Source: Nocardiopsis potens DSM 45234
GTDB lineage: Bacteria > Actinomycetota > Actinomycetes > Streptosporangiales > Streptosporangiaceae
Reading direction: 5' to 3'
Length of the DNA: 64,000 nt
NCBI RefSeq assembly: GCF_000341105.1
Contig: NZ_ANBB01000055.1
Span: 44,539-108,538, forward strand
Shown: positions 18,929 to 27,492 of the stretch, in pieces
Layout of the letters: each line of letters begins with the position of its first letter
Numbering within the stretch: position 1 is the first letter of the stretch
Notes under the pieces: model-generated
Database searches by the model: none
Told to the model about the DNA's origin: nothing
Seen by the model: the letters and a program-made list of their open reading frames with translations, nothing else
Position numbers and translations under genes: made by a program

Positions 18929-20305
18929 ATGGCTCCGCACGAGGCCGGCCGCGCCGCCGAGGGGCGCCCGGACGACGTCTACGCCGCGCCGCTGAGCGGG
19001 GAGCCGCTGCCCCGCCACCGGATGCCCGACCGGGAGGCCGACCCCCGGGTCGCCTACGCGCTGGTGCGCGACGAGCTCTCGCTGGACGGCGACTCCTCGC
19101 AGAACCTCGCCACCTTCTGCACCACCTGGGCCGAGGAGGAGGCCCGGCGGCTGACGGCGGAGAACCTCGACAAGAACATGATCGACAAGGACGAGTACCC
19201 GCAGACCGCGGAGATCGAGTCGCGCTGCGTGCGCATCCTCGCCGACCTGTGGAACTCCCCCGACCCCCGGAACACCGTCGGCTGCTCCACCACGGGCTCC
19301 AGCGAGGCGGCCATGCTCGGCGGCCTCGCGCTGAAGTGGCGGTGGCGGGAGCGCCGGCGCGCCGCCGGGGCCGACGCCTCCCGGCCCAACCTGGTCTGCG
19401 GGCCGGTCCAGATCTGCTGGGAGAAGTTCGCCCGCTACTTCGACGTGGAGCTGCGCCGGGTGCCCCTGGAGGAGGGGGAGACCGGGCTGCGCCCGCACCA
19501 GCTCCGCGCCTACGTCGACGAGAACACCATCGGCGTGGTCGGCATCCTGGGCGTCACCTACACCTGCGACTACGAGCCGATCGCCGGGCTGGCGGCGGAG
19601 CTGGACGCGATCCAGCAGGACACCGGCCTCGACGTCCCGCTGCACGTGGACGCCGCCAGCGGCGGCTTCGTCGCCCCGTTCTGCGATCCCGGGCTGGAGT
19701 GGGACTTCCGCCTGGAGCGGGTCGCCTCGATCAACGCCTCCGGGCACAAGTACGGGCTGGCGCCGCTGGGCGTCGGCTGGGCGGTGTGGCGCACCGCCGA
19801 CCTGCTCCCCGATGACCTGGTCTTCCAGGTGGACTACCTCGGCGGCGACATGCCGACGTTCGCGCTCAACTTCAGCCGCCCCGGCGGCGAGGTCATCGCG
19901 CAGTACTACCACTTCGTGCGGCTGGGCCGGGAAGGCTACCGGAAGGTCCAGCAGCGCTGCCTGGACACCGCCGCGAGGCTGGCCGAGGAGATCTCCGGCA
20001 TGGGCCCGTTCTCCCTGGTCTACCCGGGGAGCGGCGCGCTGCCCGCGGTCAGCTACACCCTCGCCGACCCGGGGGCCGGGTTCACCCTGTACGACCTGAG
20101 CGACCGGCTGCGCACCCGCGGCTGGCAGGTGCCCTCCTACCCGCTGCCGCCCGACCGGGACCGCACCGTCGTCCAGCGGGTGCTGATCCGGCACGGCGTC
20201 AGCGCCGACAAGGCGGCCCTGCTCGCCGAGGACATGCGGCGGTCACTGGAAGAGCTGTCCTCCGGCGCACGCAGTGGCGCCGAGCGGATCGGCTTCCACC
20301 ACTGA
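18929..20305 (+). CDS. gadB: Glutamate decarboxylase (PLP dependent)
   Basis: PLP-lysine motif SINASGHKYG. Group II decarboxylase family similarity throughout (NLATFCTTW, DKDEYPQTAEIE). Confidence 0.9.
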   Translation: MAPHEAGRAAEGRPDDVYAAPLSGEPLPRHRMPDREADPRVAYALVRDELSLDGDSSQNLATFCTTWAEEEARRLTAENLDKNMIDKDEYPQTAEIESRCVRILADLWNSPDPRNTVGCSTTGSSEAAMLGGLALKWRWRERRRAAGADASRPNLVCGPVQICWEKFARYFDVELRRVPLEEGETGLRPHQLRAYVDENTIGVVGILGVTYTCDYEPIAGLAAELDAIQQDTGLDVPLHVDAASGGFVAPFCDPGLEWDFRLERVASINASGHKYGLAPLGVGWAVWRTADLLPDDLVFQVDYLGGDMPTFALNFSRPGGEVIAQYYHFVRLGREGYRKVQQRCLDTAARLAEEISGMGPFSLVYPGSGALPAVSYTLADPGAGFTLYDLSDRLRTRGWQVPSYPLPPDRDRTVVQRVLIRHGVSADKAALLAEDMRRSLEELSSGARSGAERIGFHH

Positions 20306-20324
20306 AGGACGCGCAGAGACCGCA

Positions 20325-20700
20325 CCGGACCGGGGGTCGGCCGGGCGGCGACGGCAGCGGTGGGGCGTGCCGGCCGGTCGGTCGGGTGCGGCGCCCCACG
20401 GGGCGAAGGTTCAGGCCGGCGGCGATGGCAGAGGTGGGGGCGGGGCGGGCGCCTCACCCGGGCGCGGCGTCTCACGGAGTCGAGGTTCAAACCGGCGGCG
20501 ACGGCGCAGGTGGGGGCGTGGCGGAGGTGGTCGCCCGGGCTCGGCGTCTCGCGGAGTGAGGGTTCAAGCGGGCAGCGAAGGCGGGAGGGGGACCGGCCGG
20601 TCGGTCGGGCGCGGCGCCTCGCGGAGCGAAGGTCAAGACGGGCGGCGACGGCGCAGGTGGGGGCGTGGCGGGGGCGGTCACCCGGGTGCGGCCTCTTGTG
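20325..20700. repeat. Array of about five ~75-bp tandem repeats (family 1, left arm)
   Basis: Unit starts at about 20390, 20467, 20543 and 20613 (GGCG(C/T)CTC(A/G)CGGAG(C/T)GA(A/G)GGTTCAA(A/G)C(C/G)GGC(G/A)GCGA(C/A)GGCG(C/G)AGG(T/G)GGGGG...). A partial unit sits at 20328..20389. Confidence 0.7.
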
Positions 20701-21159
20701 GGGCGGGATCGCCGTGCCCGCGTCGCCCGGGCGCCGGGGCCGGCCGCCTCCGAAACCGCTACCCCTCTCTGACCTGGGTGAATACGCAGGGTGATGGCGG
20801 TGTGGGGCGCCCTGCGCACCGCGAGAGCACCCCGGTGATTCCCGGGCGCGCATCCCGGTCCGGATCGGCCCCCGGAAGCCCCGAATCGCCTCGATCGGGC
20901 CGGTGTTCGGGGGTTCGAGGCGCCCGGAAGGCCGCAAGGCAGGGGGCTGGAACCCGGGAAGGGGTGGCGGGGGAACGAGATGTCGTATTCGTCCCTCCGA
21001 TTGGCCACTCTGGGTAATCGGCGAGGGGTCGGCGGGGGGCTCGGGGCTTACTACTCGCTGGTAGATGTAAACGGGGTGCTCTCGCGGTGCGCAGGCCGCC
21101 CCTGCCTCCGCCCGATACCTGCCGCAAACCCGGCATAGGGGATAAGGCCCCCTGGTGGG

Positions 21160-21545
21160 CGCGGGCCGGGCCGGTGAACGCGGCGCCCGGCCCCCCTCCC
21201 GCCCTCGCCGCCCGCTTGAACCCCCGCCCCGTGAGGCGCCGCGCCCGGGCGATCGCCTCCGCTCCGCCCCCACTGGCGCCGTCGCTGCCCGTCTTGACCT
21301 TCGCTCTGCGGGGCGCCGCGCCCGGCCGACCGGCCGGTCCCCCTCCCGCCTTCGCTGCCCGCTTGAACCTCCGCTCCGTGAGGCGCCGCGCCCGGCTGGA
21401 GTGCCAAGCCCCGCCCCTACCTCCGCCGTCGCCGCCTGCTTGAACCTGCACTCCGTGAGGCGCCGCGCTCGGCCGACCGGCCGGTCCCCCTCCCGCCTTC
21501 GCTGCCCGCTTGAACCCCCGCCCCGCGAGGCGCCGCGCTTGACCG
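21160..21545. repeat. Array of ~75-bp tandem repeats (family 1, right arm; reverse complement of the left arm)
   Basis: Units of the form ...TCCCGCCTTCGCTGCCCGCTTGAACC(T/C)CCGC(T/C)CCGTGAGGCGCCGCGCCCGG... are the reverse complement of the 20325..20700 units. Together with the inner inverted repeat (20804..20834 vs 21072..21102) they form a ~1.2-kb imperfect palindrome around a unique ~236-bp core. Confidence 0.7.
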
Positions 21546-21586
21546 GAGGGCTCGTCCCACTCCTACCTGTTTCGCGTCGTTGCAGG

Positions 21587-22939
21587 TCAGGGCTCCAGGC
21601 GTTCCAGGGCGACCAGGTAGCCCTCGCTGTAGGTGGGGAACTGGGCGATGCCGTCGGTGAGTCGGTCGATCGGGATTCGCTCGCGGATCGCCAGAGCTGC
21701 GGAGTGGATCCACTCGCCCGCCATCGGGGCGAGGGCCCAGGCGCCGAGGAGCACCCCGTGTCGGTGGTCGGCCAGCACCCCGAGACGGCCGGTGGGGGAG
21801 GTGGAGTAGGTCCACGGCCGGGCCAGTTCGGCGGTCAGGTCGATCTCTGCGTAGGAGGTCTTCAGCCCCATCTCCCGGGCCTGGGCCGGGGTGAGGCCGA
21901 CCGCGGCCGCCTCGGGGTCGGTGAACAGCACCCGGGGCACCCCGGTGTAGTCGGCGTGGCGCTCGCGGCCGAGCAGGTTGTCGGCGACCACCCGGCCCTG
22001 GTATTTCGCCACGTGGGTGAGGAGCGCGGTGCCGGTGGCGTCGCCGACCGCCCACAGCCCTTCGGCGACGCGGCACCGGTCGTCCACCTCCACCCCGCGC
22101 CGGCCCACCGGCACCCCCAGCTCCTCCAGGCCCAGACCGGAGGTGTTCGGCACCCGACCAGTGGCGGCCAGCACCACCTCCGCGGAGACCTCGCCGCCCC
22201 CGTCCAGCTCCAGCACCGCCGACCCGTCGGCGGTGCGGCGGGCCCGCCGCACCGCGGTGCCGGTGCGCACGTCCGCCCCGTCGGCGCGGAGCGCCTCGGC
22301 CACCGCCGCGCCGAGCCGCGGGTCCTCCCGGCCGAGCAGGTGGCCGCCGCGCTCCAGCAGCACCACCCGGGCGCCCATCCGGACGAGGAACTGGCCCATC
22401 TCCACCGCGACCGCGCCGCCGCCGATCACCGCGACCGAGGACGGGATCCGGTCCAGCGCGGTCGCCTCCCGGTTGGTCCACACCTCGACCGAGTCCAGCC
22501 CCTCCACCGGCGGCACCAGCGGCGACGACCCGGTGGCCAGCACCACCTCCGGCGCGGTCAGCTCCCGCCCCGCCGCCACCCGCCACGGGTCGCGCCCGGT
22601 CAGCCGGGCTTCGCCCTTGACCACCTCGACGCCCTGCTCCTCGTACCCTGCGACCTGCCGGGAGTCGTCGCGGTGGCGCACCATGGCGTCCCGGTAGTCG
22701 CGGATCCCCTCCCAGTCCAGGGCGGGCTCCGCGGTCCCGGCCGCGCCCCGCGCCTCGGCCCGCACCTCGGGAGGGCGCAGCAGCGCCTTGGACGGGATGC
22801 ACGCGTAGTAGCCGCACTCCCCGCCGATCAGCTCCTTCTCCACCACGGCCACCCGCCGCCCGGCGGCGGCCAGCCGGGAGGCGACCGTCTCCCCGCCCGG
22901 CCCCATCCCGATGACGATCGCGTCGAACCGCTCCACCAT
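21587..22939 (-). CDS. FAD-dependent pyridine nucleotide-disulfide oxidoreductase (dihydrolipoamide dehydrogenase / mycothione reductase-like)
   Basis: FAD-binding GMGPGG motif, redox-active CxxxxC (GGECGYYACIPSK), NAD-binding GGGAVAVE, and C-terminal dimerisation domain with HP..E-like residues. Confidence 0.8.
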   Translation of the reverse strand: MVERFDAIVIGMGPGGETVASRLAAAGRRVAVVEKELIGGECGYYACIPSKALLRPPEVRAEARGAAGTAEPALDWEGIRDYRDAMVRHRDDSRQVAGYEEQGVEVVKGEARLTGRDPWRVAAGRELTAPEVVLATGSSPLVPPVEGLDSVEVWTNREATALDRIPSSVAVIGGGAVAVEMGQFLVRMGARVVLLERGGHLLGREDPRLGAAVAEALRADGADVRTGTAVRRARRTADGSAVLELDGGGEVSAEVVLAATGRVPNTSGLGLEELGVPVGRRGVEVDDRCRVAEGLWAVGDATGTALLTHVAKYQGRVVADNLLGRERHADYTGVPRVLFTDPEAAAVGLTPAQAREMGLKTSYAEIDLTAELARPWTYSTSPTGRLGVLADHRHGVLLGAWALAPMAGEWIHSAALAIRERIPIDRLTDGIAQFPTYSEGYLVALERLEP

Positions 22940-23150
22940 GCCGCCTCCCCGCCCGGTGCCGTACGCCTTCAGAGTCCTGTGCTACCCCGCCCGGGGTCCC
23001 GGCTACCCCGCTCGGGGCCGGCGGTACCGCGGGACGCGCCGCACGGCCGGGCATCACCTCGGCGGCCGCCGCCGGTGCGCGCGCCGACCGGGAGCCCCGC
23101 CCCTCCGCCGGGGCCGCACGGGCCGGGGGGCGGCCGTGCGGGGGCGCGGT

Positions 23151-24407
23151 TCAGCCGCGGCGGACCGGGGACGGCAGGGAGAAGCGGACCGTCTCCCGGG
23201 TGGTCTCGTGCTCGGTCACAGAGAGCGGGCCCAGGCCGCGCAGCGCCGCGATGACCTCGTCCACCAGTGCCGGCGGTGCCGACGCGCCGGCGGTGAGCCC
23301 GATCGCGGCCGCCCCTTCCAGCCAGCCGGGGCGGATGTCGGCGGGGCCGTCGATCAGGTGGGCCGGGGTCCCGTGCCGCTCGGCCAGCTCCACCAGCCGC
23401 ACCGAGTTGGAGGAGTTGCCCGAGCCGACCACCAGCACCAGGTCGGTCTCGGCGGCGATCGCGGACAGCGCCTCCTGGCGGTTGGTGGTGGCGTAGCAGA
23501 TGTCGGCGGAGTCGGGGCCGCGCAGCTCGGGGAAGCGGTCGCGGAGCGCGTCCACCACGCCGGCCGTCTCGTCCACCGCCAGGGTGGTCTGGGTCAGGTA
23601 GGAGACCCGGCCGGGGTCGTCCACCTCCAGGGCCGCGGCCTGCTCGGCGTTCTCCACCAGCACCGTCCGCTCCGGCGCCTCGCCCAGCGTGCCCTCCACC
23701 TCCTCGTGCCCGGCGTGCCCGATGAGCACGACGGTGTCCCCCCGCCCGGCGAACCGCCGCGCCTCGGCGTGCACCTTGGAGACCAGCGGGCAGGTCGCGT
23801 CGATCACCCCGAGCCGGCGGCGCTCGGCCTCGGCGTGGACCGCAGGGGAGACGCCGTGCGCGGAGAAGACCGTCACCGCGCCCTCCGGGACGGCGTCCAG
23901 CTCGTCCACGAAGACCGCGCCGCGCTCCTCCAGCTCGGCGACGACCCGGGAGTTGTGCACGATCTGCTTGCGCACGTAGACCGGCGGCCCGTGCTGTTCC
24001 AGGGCGCGCTCGACCGCCTCCACGGCCCGCTCCACCCCGGCGCAGAACGAGCGCGGTGCGGCGAGCAGCACCCGCCGCGGGACACCGGCCACCGCCCGCC
24101 AGGCGCCGAACGCGGCGCGGGCGGCCTCCCCGGCGGCGGGATCGTCCGGGGCCGCCGCCGCGCCGAGCCCGGCGGTCCCGCCGTCCGGGCCGTCGAACAC
24201 GGCGGTCAGCACCCCCTCCTCGGTCCCCGGCCCGGGCAGCGGGATCGGACCGCTCCGGTGCGCGGCGCCGGCCCGCGCGAGCTCCCCGGCGAGCAGCACG
24301 CCCGCCGGGCAGGGCACCGCCGGGCCGTCGGCGGGCAGCAGGGCGTCGGCGACGAGCACCCGCGGGGGTGGTCCCCCGTCAGCGGCGTCGAAGTCGCTGG
24401 TGGGCAT
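23151..24407 (-). CDS. ispH: 4-hydroxy-3-methylbut-2-enyl diphosphate reductase IspH (LytB) with an ~105-aa low-complexity N-terminal extension
   Basis: Core matches IspH from [19 protein letters not shown] through the conserved Cys ligands ([20 protein letters not shown]) to the SGNSSNS motif. ATG at 24407 follows GAGGAGG. An Ala/Gly/Pro/Asp-rich N-terminal region precedes the core. Confidence 0.85.
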   Translation of the reverse strand: MPTSDFDAADGGPPPRVLVADALLPADGPAVPCPAGVLLAGELARAGAAHRSGPIPLPGPGTEEGVLTAVFDGPDGGTAGLGAAAAPDDPAAGEAARAAFGAWRAVAGVPRRVLLAAPRSFCAGVERAVEAVERALEQHGPPVYVRKQIVHNSRVVAELEERGAVFVDELDAVPEGAVTVFSAHGVSPAVHAEAERRRLGVIDATCPLVSKVHAEARRFAGRGDTVVLIGHAGHEEVEGTLGEAPERTVLVENAEQAAALEVDDPGRVSYLTQTTLAVDETAGVVDALRDRFPELRGPDSADICYATTNRQEALSAIAAETDLVLVVGSGNSSNSVRLVELAERHGTPAHLIDGPADIRPGWLEGAAAIGLTAGASAPPALVDEVIAALRGLGPLSVTEHETTRETVRFSLPSPVRRG

Positions 24408-24429
24408 GGGCAGGGCCTCCTCAGGGGTC

Positions 24430-24930
24430 GGTGTGCGGGACTGCGTTGCGGACCAGGGCCGTCCTGCGGGTTGCGGTGGGCGAGCGGAGCGGGCGATGCC
24501 CTCCCGGCCGCGGGGCCGGCGGGACCGGGTTCCGGTTGTCGGCGGGGCGGCCCGTCCGGCGTGCTCCGTGCGGTGGCTCCGGCCGTCCTGCGGGCTGCTC
24601 TGGGGGTGAGCGGCGCCGGCGGTGACCCTCCCGGCCACGGGGCCGGTGGGATGGCCCGTCCGTGTCCGCCCTGCGCGGGGTTCCGGCCGTCCTGCGGACT
24701 GCGGCGGGCGAGCGGCGCCGGCGTTGACCCTTCCGGCCGCGGAGGCCGGTGGGACGGGCTTCCGGCCGTCGGCGGGGCGGCCCGTCCGCGCCCGCCCCGC
24801 GCGGGGCCCTGGTCCCCGTCCCGCCCCGGAGCCTTGTGCGCGGGGGCGGGGCTGGGCCGCCGCAGAGTGCCGGTGCCGGGCCGGCCGGTTCCGGAACCGG
24901 CCCGGGCGTCCGGGCCGGGCCGGGGACCCC
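24430..24930. repeat. Tandem repeat array (family 2, ~110-120-bp units, at least three copies) between the polyprenyl synthase and ispH
   Basis: Repeated block CCGGCCGTCCTGCGG(A/G)(C/T)TGCG...GAGCGGCGCCGGCG(G/T)TGACCCT(C/T)CCGGCC(G/A)CGG(A/G)GCCGG(T/C)GGGA(C/T)GG(G/C)C... with internal GGACGGGC/GCCCGTCC stems. Units start near 24452, 24570 and 24683. Confidence 0.6.
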
Positions 24931-25994
24931 TAGCCATCGCGGTGTGCGGCGAGGCGGGCCAGGGCCGCCAGTTCCTCGCGGGGCGCCCCGTGCAGGGCGG
25001 CGGCGTCCAGCGATGCCGCGGCGCGCTCCAGCAGCTCCGCCGCGCGCTCATCGCACCAGGCCCTGCCCCCGGCGGCCTCCACCAGCTCCGCCGCGTGCGC
25101 CGCCGACTCGCCGGTCATCGGCTCCTCCCCGGCCATCAGCGCGCCCAGCCGCTCGCCGGCGTCGGTCCCCGAGGTCAGGGCGGCGACCACCGGCAGCGAC
25201 TTCTTCCGGCTGCGCAGGTCGGAGTGGACCGGCTTCCCGGTGGCCGCCGGGTCGCCCCAGATGCCGAGCAGGTCGTCGGTGATCTGGAAGGCCAGCCCCA
25301 GATCCGCGCCGAAGTCGCGGAGCGCGTCCACCCGGTCCGGCTCGGCGCCGCCGAGCAGCGCGCCCAGCGCGGTGCAGCAGCCCAGCAGGGCCCCGGTCTT
25401 CCCGCAGGCCATGGCGGTGCACTCGGCCAGGTCGACGTCGCTGCGGCGCTCGAAGGACAGGTCGGCGGCCTGCCCGCCGACCAGCGCCTGCACCGCCGCG
25501 CCCAGCATCCGCCCGGCCTCCGCGGCGCGCGGGCGGCCGTCGCCGGCCAGCACCTCGAAGGCGAGGGTGAGCAGGGCGTCCCCGGCGAGCACCGCCGGAC
25601 TGGGGCCGAACACGCTCCACGCGGTGGGCCGGTGCCGCCTGGTGGTGTCGCCGTCCATCACGTCGTCGTGGAGCAGGGAGAAGTTGTGCACCAGCTCCAC
25701 CGCGACGGCGGCGGGCAGCGCCGCGCGGGCGGTGCCGCCGACCGCCTCCGCGGCCAGCAGCACCAGGGCGGGGCGGAGTGCCTTCCCGCCGTCCTCGGAG
25801 GCGGGGCGCCCCTCGGCGTCGCACCAGCCGAAGTGGTACCCGGCGATGCGGCGCATCGGCTCGGGCAGGCCGTCCGCGGCCTCGCGCAGCGCGGGGGCGA
25901 CCAGGTCGCGGGCGCCGGTCAGGATCTCGGTGGTGGTGCGGGCGGCGCCGGCCGGGCCGGCGGCCGGCTCGGTGGCGGAGTCGATGGCGGTCAC
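24930..25994 (-). CDS. Polyprenyl diphosphate synthase (FPP/GGPP synthase family)
   Basis: First aspartate-rich motif LLHDDVMDGD and second motif FQITDDLLGIWGD. trans-IPPS fold. Confidence 0.85.
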   Translation of the reverse strand: MTAIDSATEPAAGPAGAARTTTEILTGARDLVAPALREAADGLPEPMRRIAGYHFGWCDAEGRPASEDGGKALRPALVLLAAEAVGGTARAALPAAVAVELVHNFSLLHDDVMDGDTTRRHRPTAWSVFGPSPAVLAGDALLTLAFEVLAGDGRPRAAEAGRMLGAAVQALVGGQAADLSFERRSDVDLAECTAMACGKTGALLGCCTALGALLGGAEPDRVDALRDFGADLGLAFQITDDLLGIWGDPAATGKPVHSDLRSRKKSLPVVAALTSGTDAGERLGALMAGEEPMTGESAAHAAELVEAAGGRAWCDERAAELLERAAASLDAAALHGAPREELAALARLAAHRDG

Positions 25995-26058
25995 GGGGCC
26001 TCCCGTTCGTTCGGCGGTCGGGTCGGTGGCGCTGGGGTCGGCCGTCGGGCGCGGGCGG

Positions 26059-27492
26059 TCAGCGGCCGAGCTCGACCCCTTCCAGGACGCCGAGGGCGTC
26101 GGGGACCAGCACGGCGGCCGAGTGGTAGGCGGTGACGAGGAACCGCCGGACGGCCTGGCCGCCGATGTCCATCCGCCGCACGGACACGCCCGGCTCGTAC
26201 TCGTCGGGCAGCCCGGTGCGGTGCAGCCCGACCACCCCGGAGTGCTCTTCGCCGGTCCGCATCACCAGCACCGACGTGGTCCGGGTCCGGCTGACCGGGA
26301 TCTTGTCGCAGGGCAGCAGGGGAACCCCGCGCCAGGCGGTGACGGTGCGCCCGGCGACCAGGGCGGTCTCCGGCAGCACCCCGCGCCGGGTGCACTCCCT
26401 GCCGAACGCGGCGATCGCCGCCGGGTGCGCGAGGAAGAAGTCCGACCGGCGCCGCCGGCAGAGCAGGTCGTCCAGGTCGTCCGGGGTGGGCGGGCCGCTG
26501 CGGGCCGGGATGCGCTGCTTGGCGTCGGCGCTGTGCAGCAGCCCGAAACCGGGGTCGTTGACCAGGTCGTGCTCCTGGCGCTCGCGCAGCGCCTCGACGG
26601 TCAGCCGGATCTGCTGCTCCTGCTGGTCCATCGGCTCGCTGTAGAGGTCGGCGACCCGGGTGTGCACGCGCAGCACGGTCTGCGCGATGCCGAGCGCGTA
26701 CTCCCGCGGCGCCGGGTCGTAGTCGACGAAGGTCCCCGGGACGACGGGCTCGCCGGTGTGCCCGGAGGCCATGGCGATCGAGGCCTCGCCGTGCTTGTTG
26801 CCGTCCGGGGGCGGGGCCCCGGTGGCGGCGCGCACCCGCCGGTCCAGCAGCGGAGAGCGGTCCCGCAGCCGCTGGAAGGCGTCGCGGGTCAGCTCCAGCA
26901 CGGTGCACGGGGTGGCGGCGCGCAGCGTCTCCGGCCAGGCGCCTCCGGTCCCGGAGCCGTCGGCGCCGAGCACGGTGGAGCCGGCCACCTCCCCCGCGGT
27001 CATGGTGCCCAGCAGCACCGGGTCGCCGTGCTCGCCGGAGCGGGTCCGCCGGACCCGGCCGTGCGCGATCAGCAGCACCCGGTCGGCGGGGCGGCCGGCC
27101 TCGGCGATCACGTCGCCGGGGTGGTACCGCGCGGCGGTGAAGGCGTCGGCGACCGCGCACAGCGCCGCCATGCCGCCGTCCGCCCCCTCGTCCAGCCCGC
27201 GCAGCACGGTCAGCTCGCGCAGGCCGGCCGGGAGCGGCCGGGGGTCGGTGCGCTCGCCGACCACGGGGACGCGGCCGTCGCCCACCTGGTGGGTGAGCCG
27301 CCGGTTCACCCGGTAGGCGCCGCCGGGCACCTCCACCCAGGGCAGCATCCGCAGCAGCCAGCGCGGCGAGGTCTCCCGGGTCTGCGGGGGCGTCTTTGTG
27401 GTGGTGGACAGCTGCCGTGCGGCCCGGGTGTCGAGGCTCTGCCGCGGGGCCGCTCCGCCGTCGGCGGCGTCCGTCTCCGGGGTGAGGGTCAT
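26059..27492 (-). CDS. Family 2B encapsulin nanocompartment shell protein (shell component 1; internal cNMP-binding-like domain)
   Basis: 477 aa. Disordered N-terminus, a Crp-like cNMP-binding insertion ([23 protein letters not shown]...), and an HK97-like C-terminal body. About 60% identical to the 29745..31173 paralog over conserved blocks (GHTGEPxxPGTFVDY, [37 protein letters not shown]). Start ATG at 27492 overlaps the terpene cyclase stop. Confidence 0.7.
   Translation of the reverse strand: MTLTPETDAADGGAAPRQSLDTRAARQLSTTTKTPPQTRETSPRWLLRMLPWVEVPGGAYRVNRRLTHQVGDGRVPVVGERTDPRPLPAGLRELTVLRGLDEGADGGMAALCAVADAFTAARYHPGDVIAEAGRPADRVLLIAHGRVRRTRSGEHGDPVLLGTMTAGEVAGSTVLGADGSGTGGAWPETLRAATPCTVLELTRDAFQRLRDRSPLLDRRVRAATGAPPPDGNKHGEASIAMASGHTGEPVVPGTFVDYDPAPREYALGIAQTVLRVHTRVADLYSEPMDQQEQQIRLTVEALRERQEHDLVNDPGFGLLHSADAKQRIPARSGPPTPDDLDDLLCRRRRSDFFLAHPAAIAAFGRECTRRGVLPETALVAGRTVTAWRGVPLLPCDKIPVSRTRTTSVLVMRTGEEHSGVVGLHRTGLPDEYEPGVSVRRMDIGGQAVRRFLVTAYHSAAVLVPDALGVLEGVELGR

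Noticed and set aside
20480-20500. tRNA-like T-loop motif GGTTCAAACC inside family 1 repeat units
   Set aside because: No flanking acceptor/T-stem complementarity or anticodon arm could be built around it. The motif recurs in every degenerate unit, consistent with repeat sequence rather than tRNA genes.
20274-21407. Gly/Arg-rich repeat proteins encoded across the tandem repeats (20274..21017 + and 21051..21407 -)
   Set aside because: The two ORFs are mirror images generated by the inverted repeat arms. They have extreme low-complexity composition and no start or RBS context, so they are most likely non-coding.
20325-24930. Possible CRISPR arrays (regularly spaced GC-rich repeats at 20325..21545 and 24430..24930)
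   Set aside because: Units are 70-120 bp and directly abut one another with no unique spacers of uniform length. The first locus is an inverted duplication. There is no leader and no cas genes. These are tandem repeats, not CRISPR.
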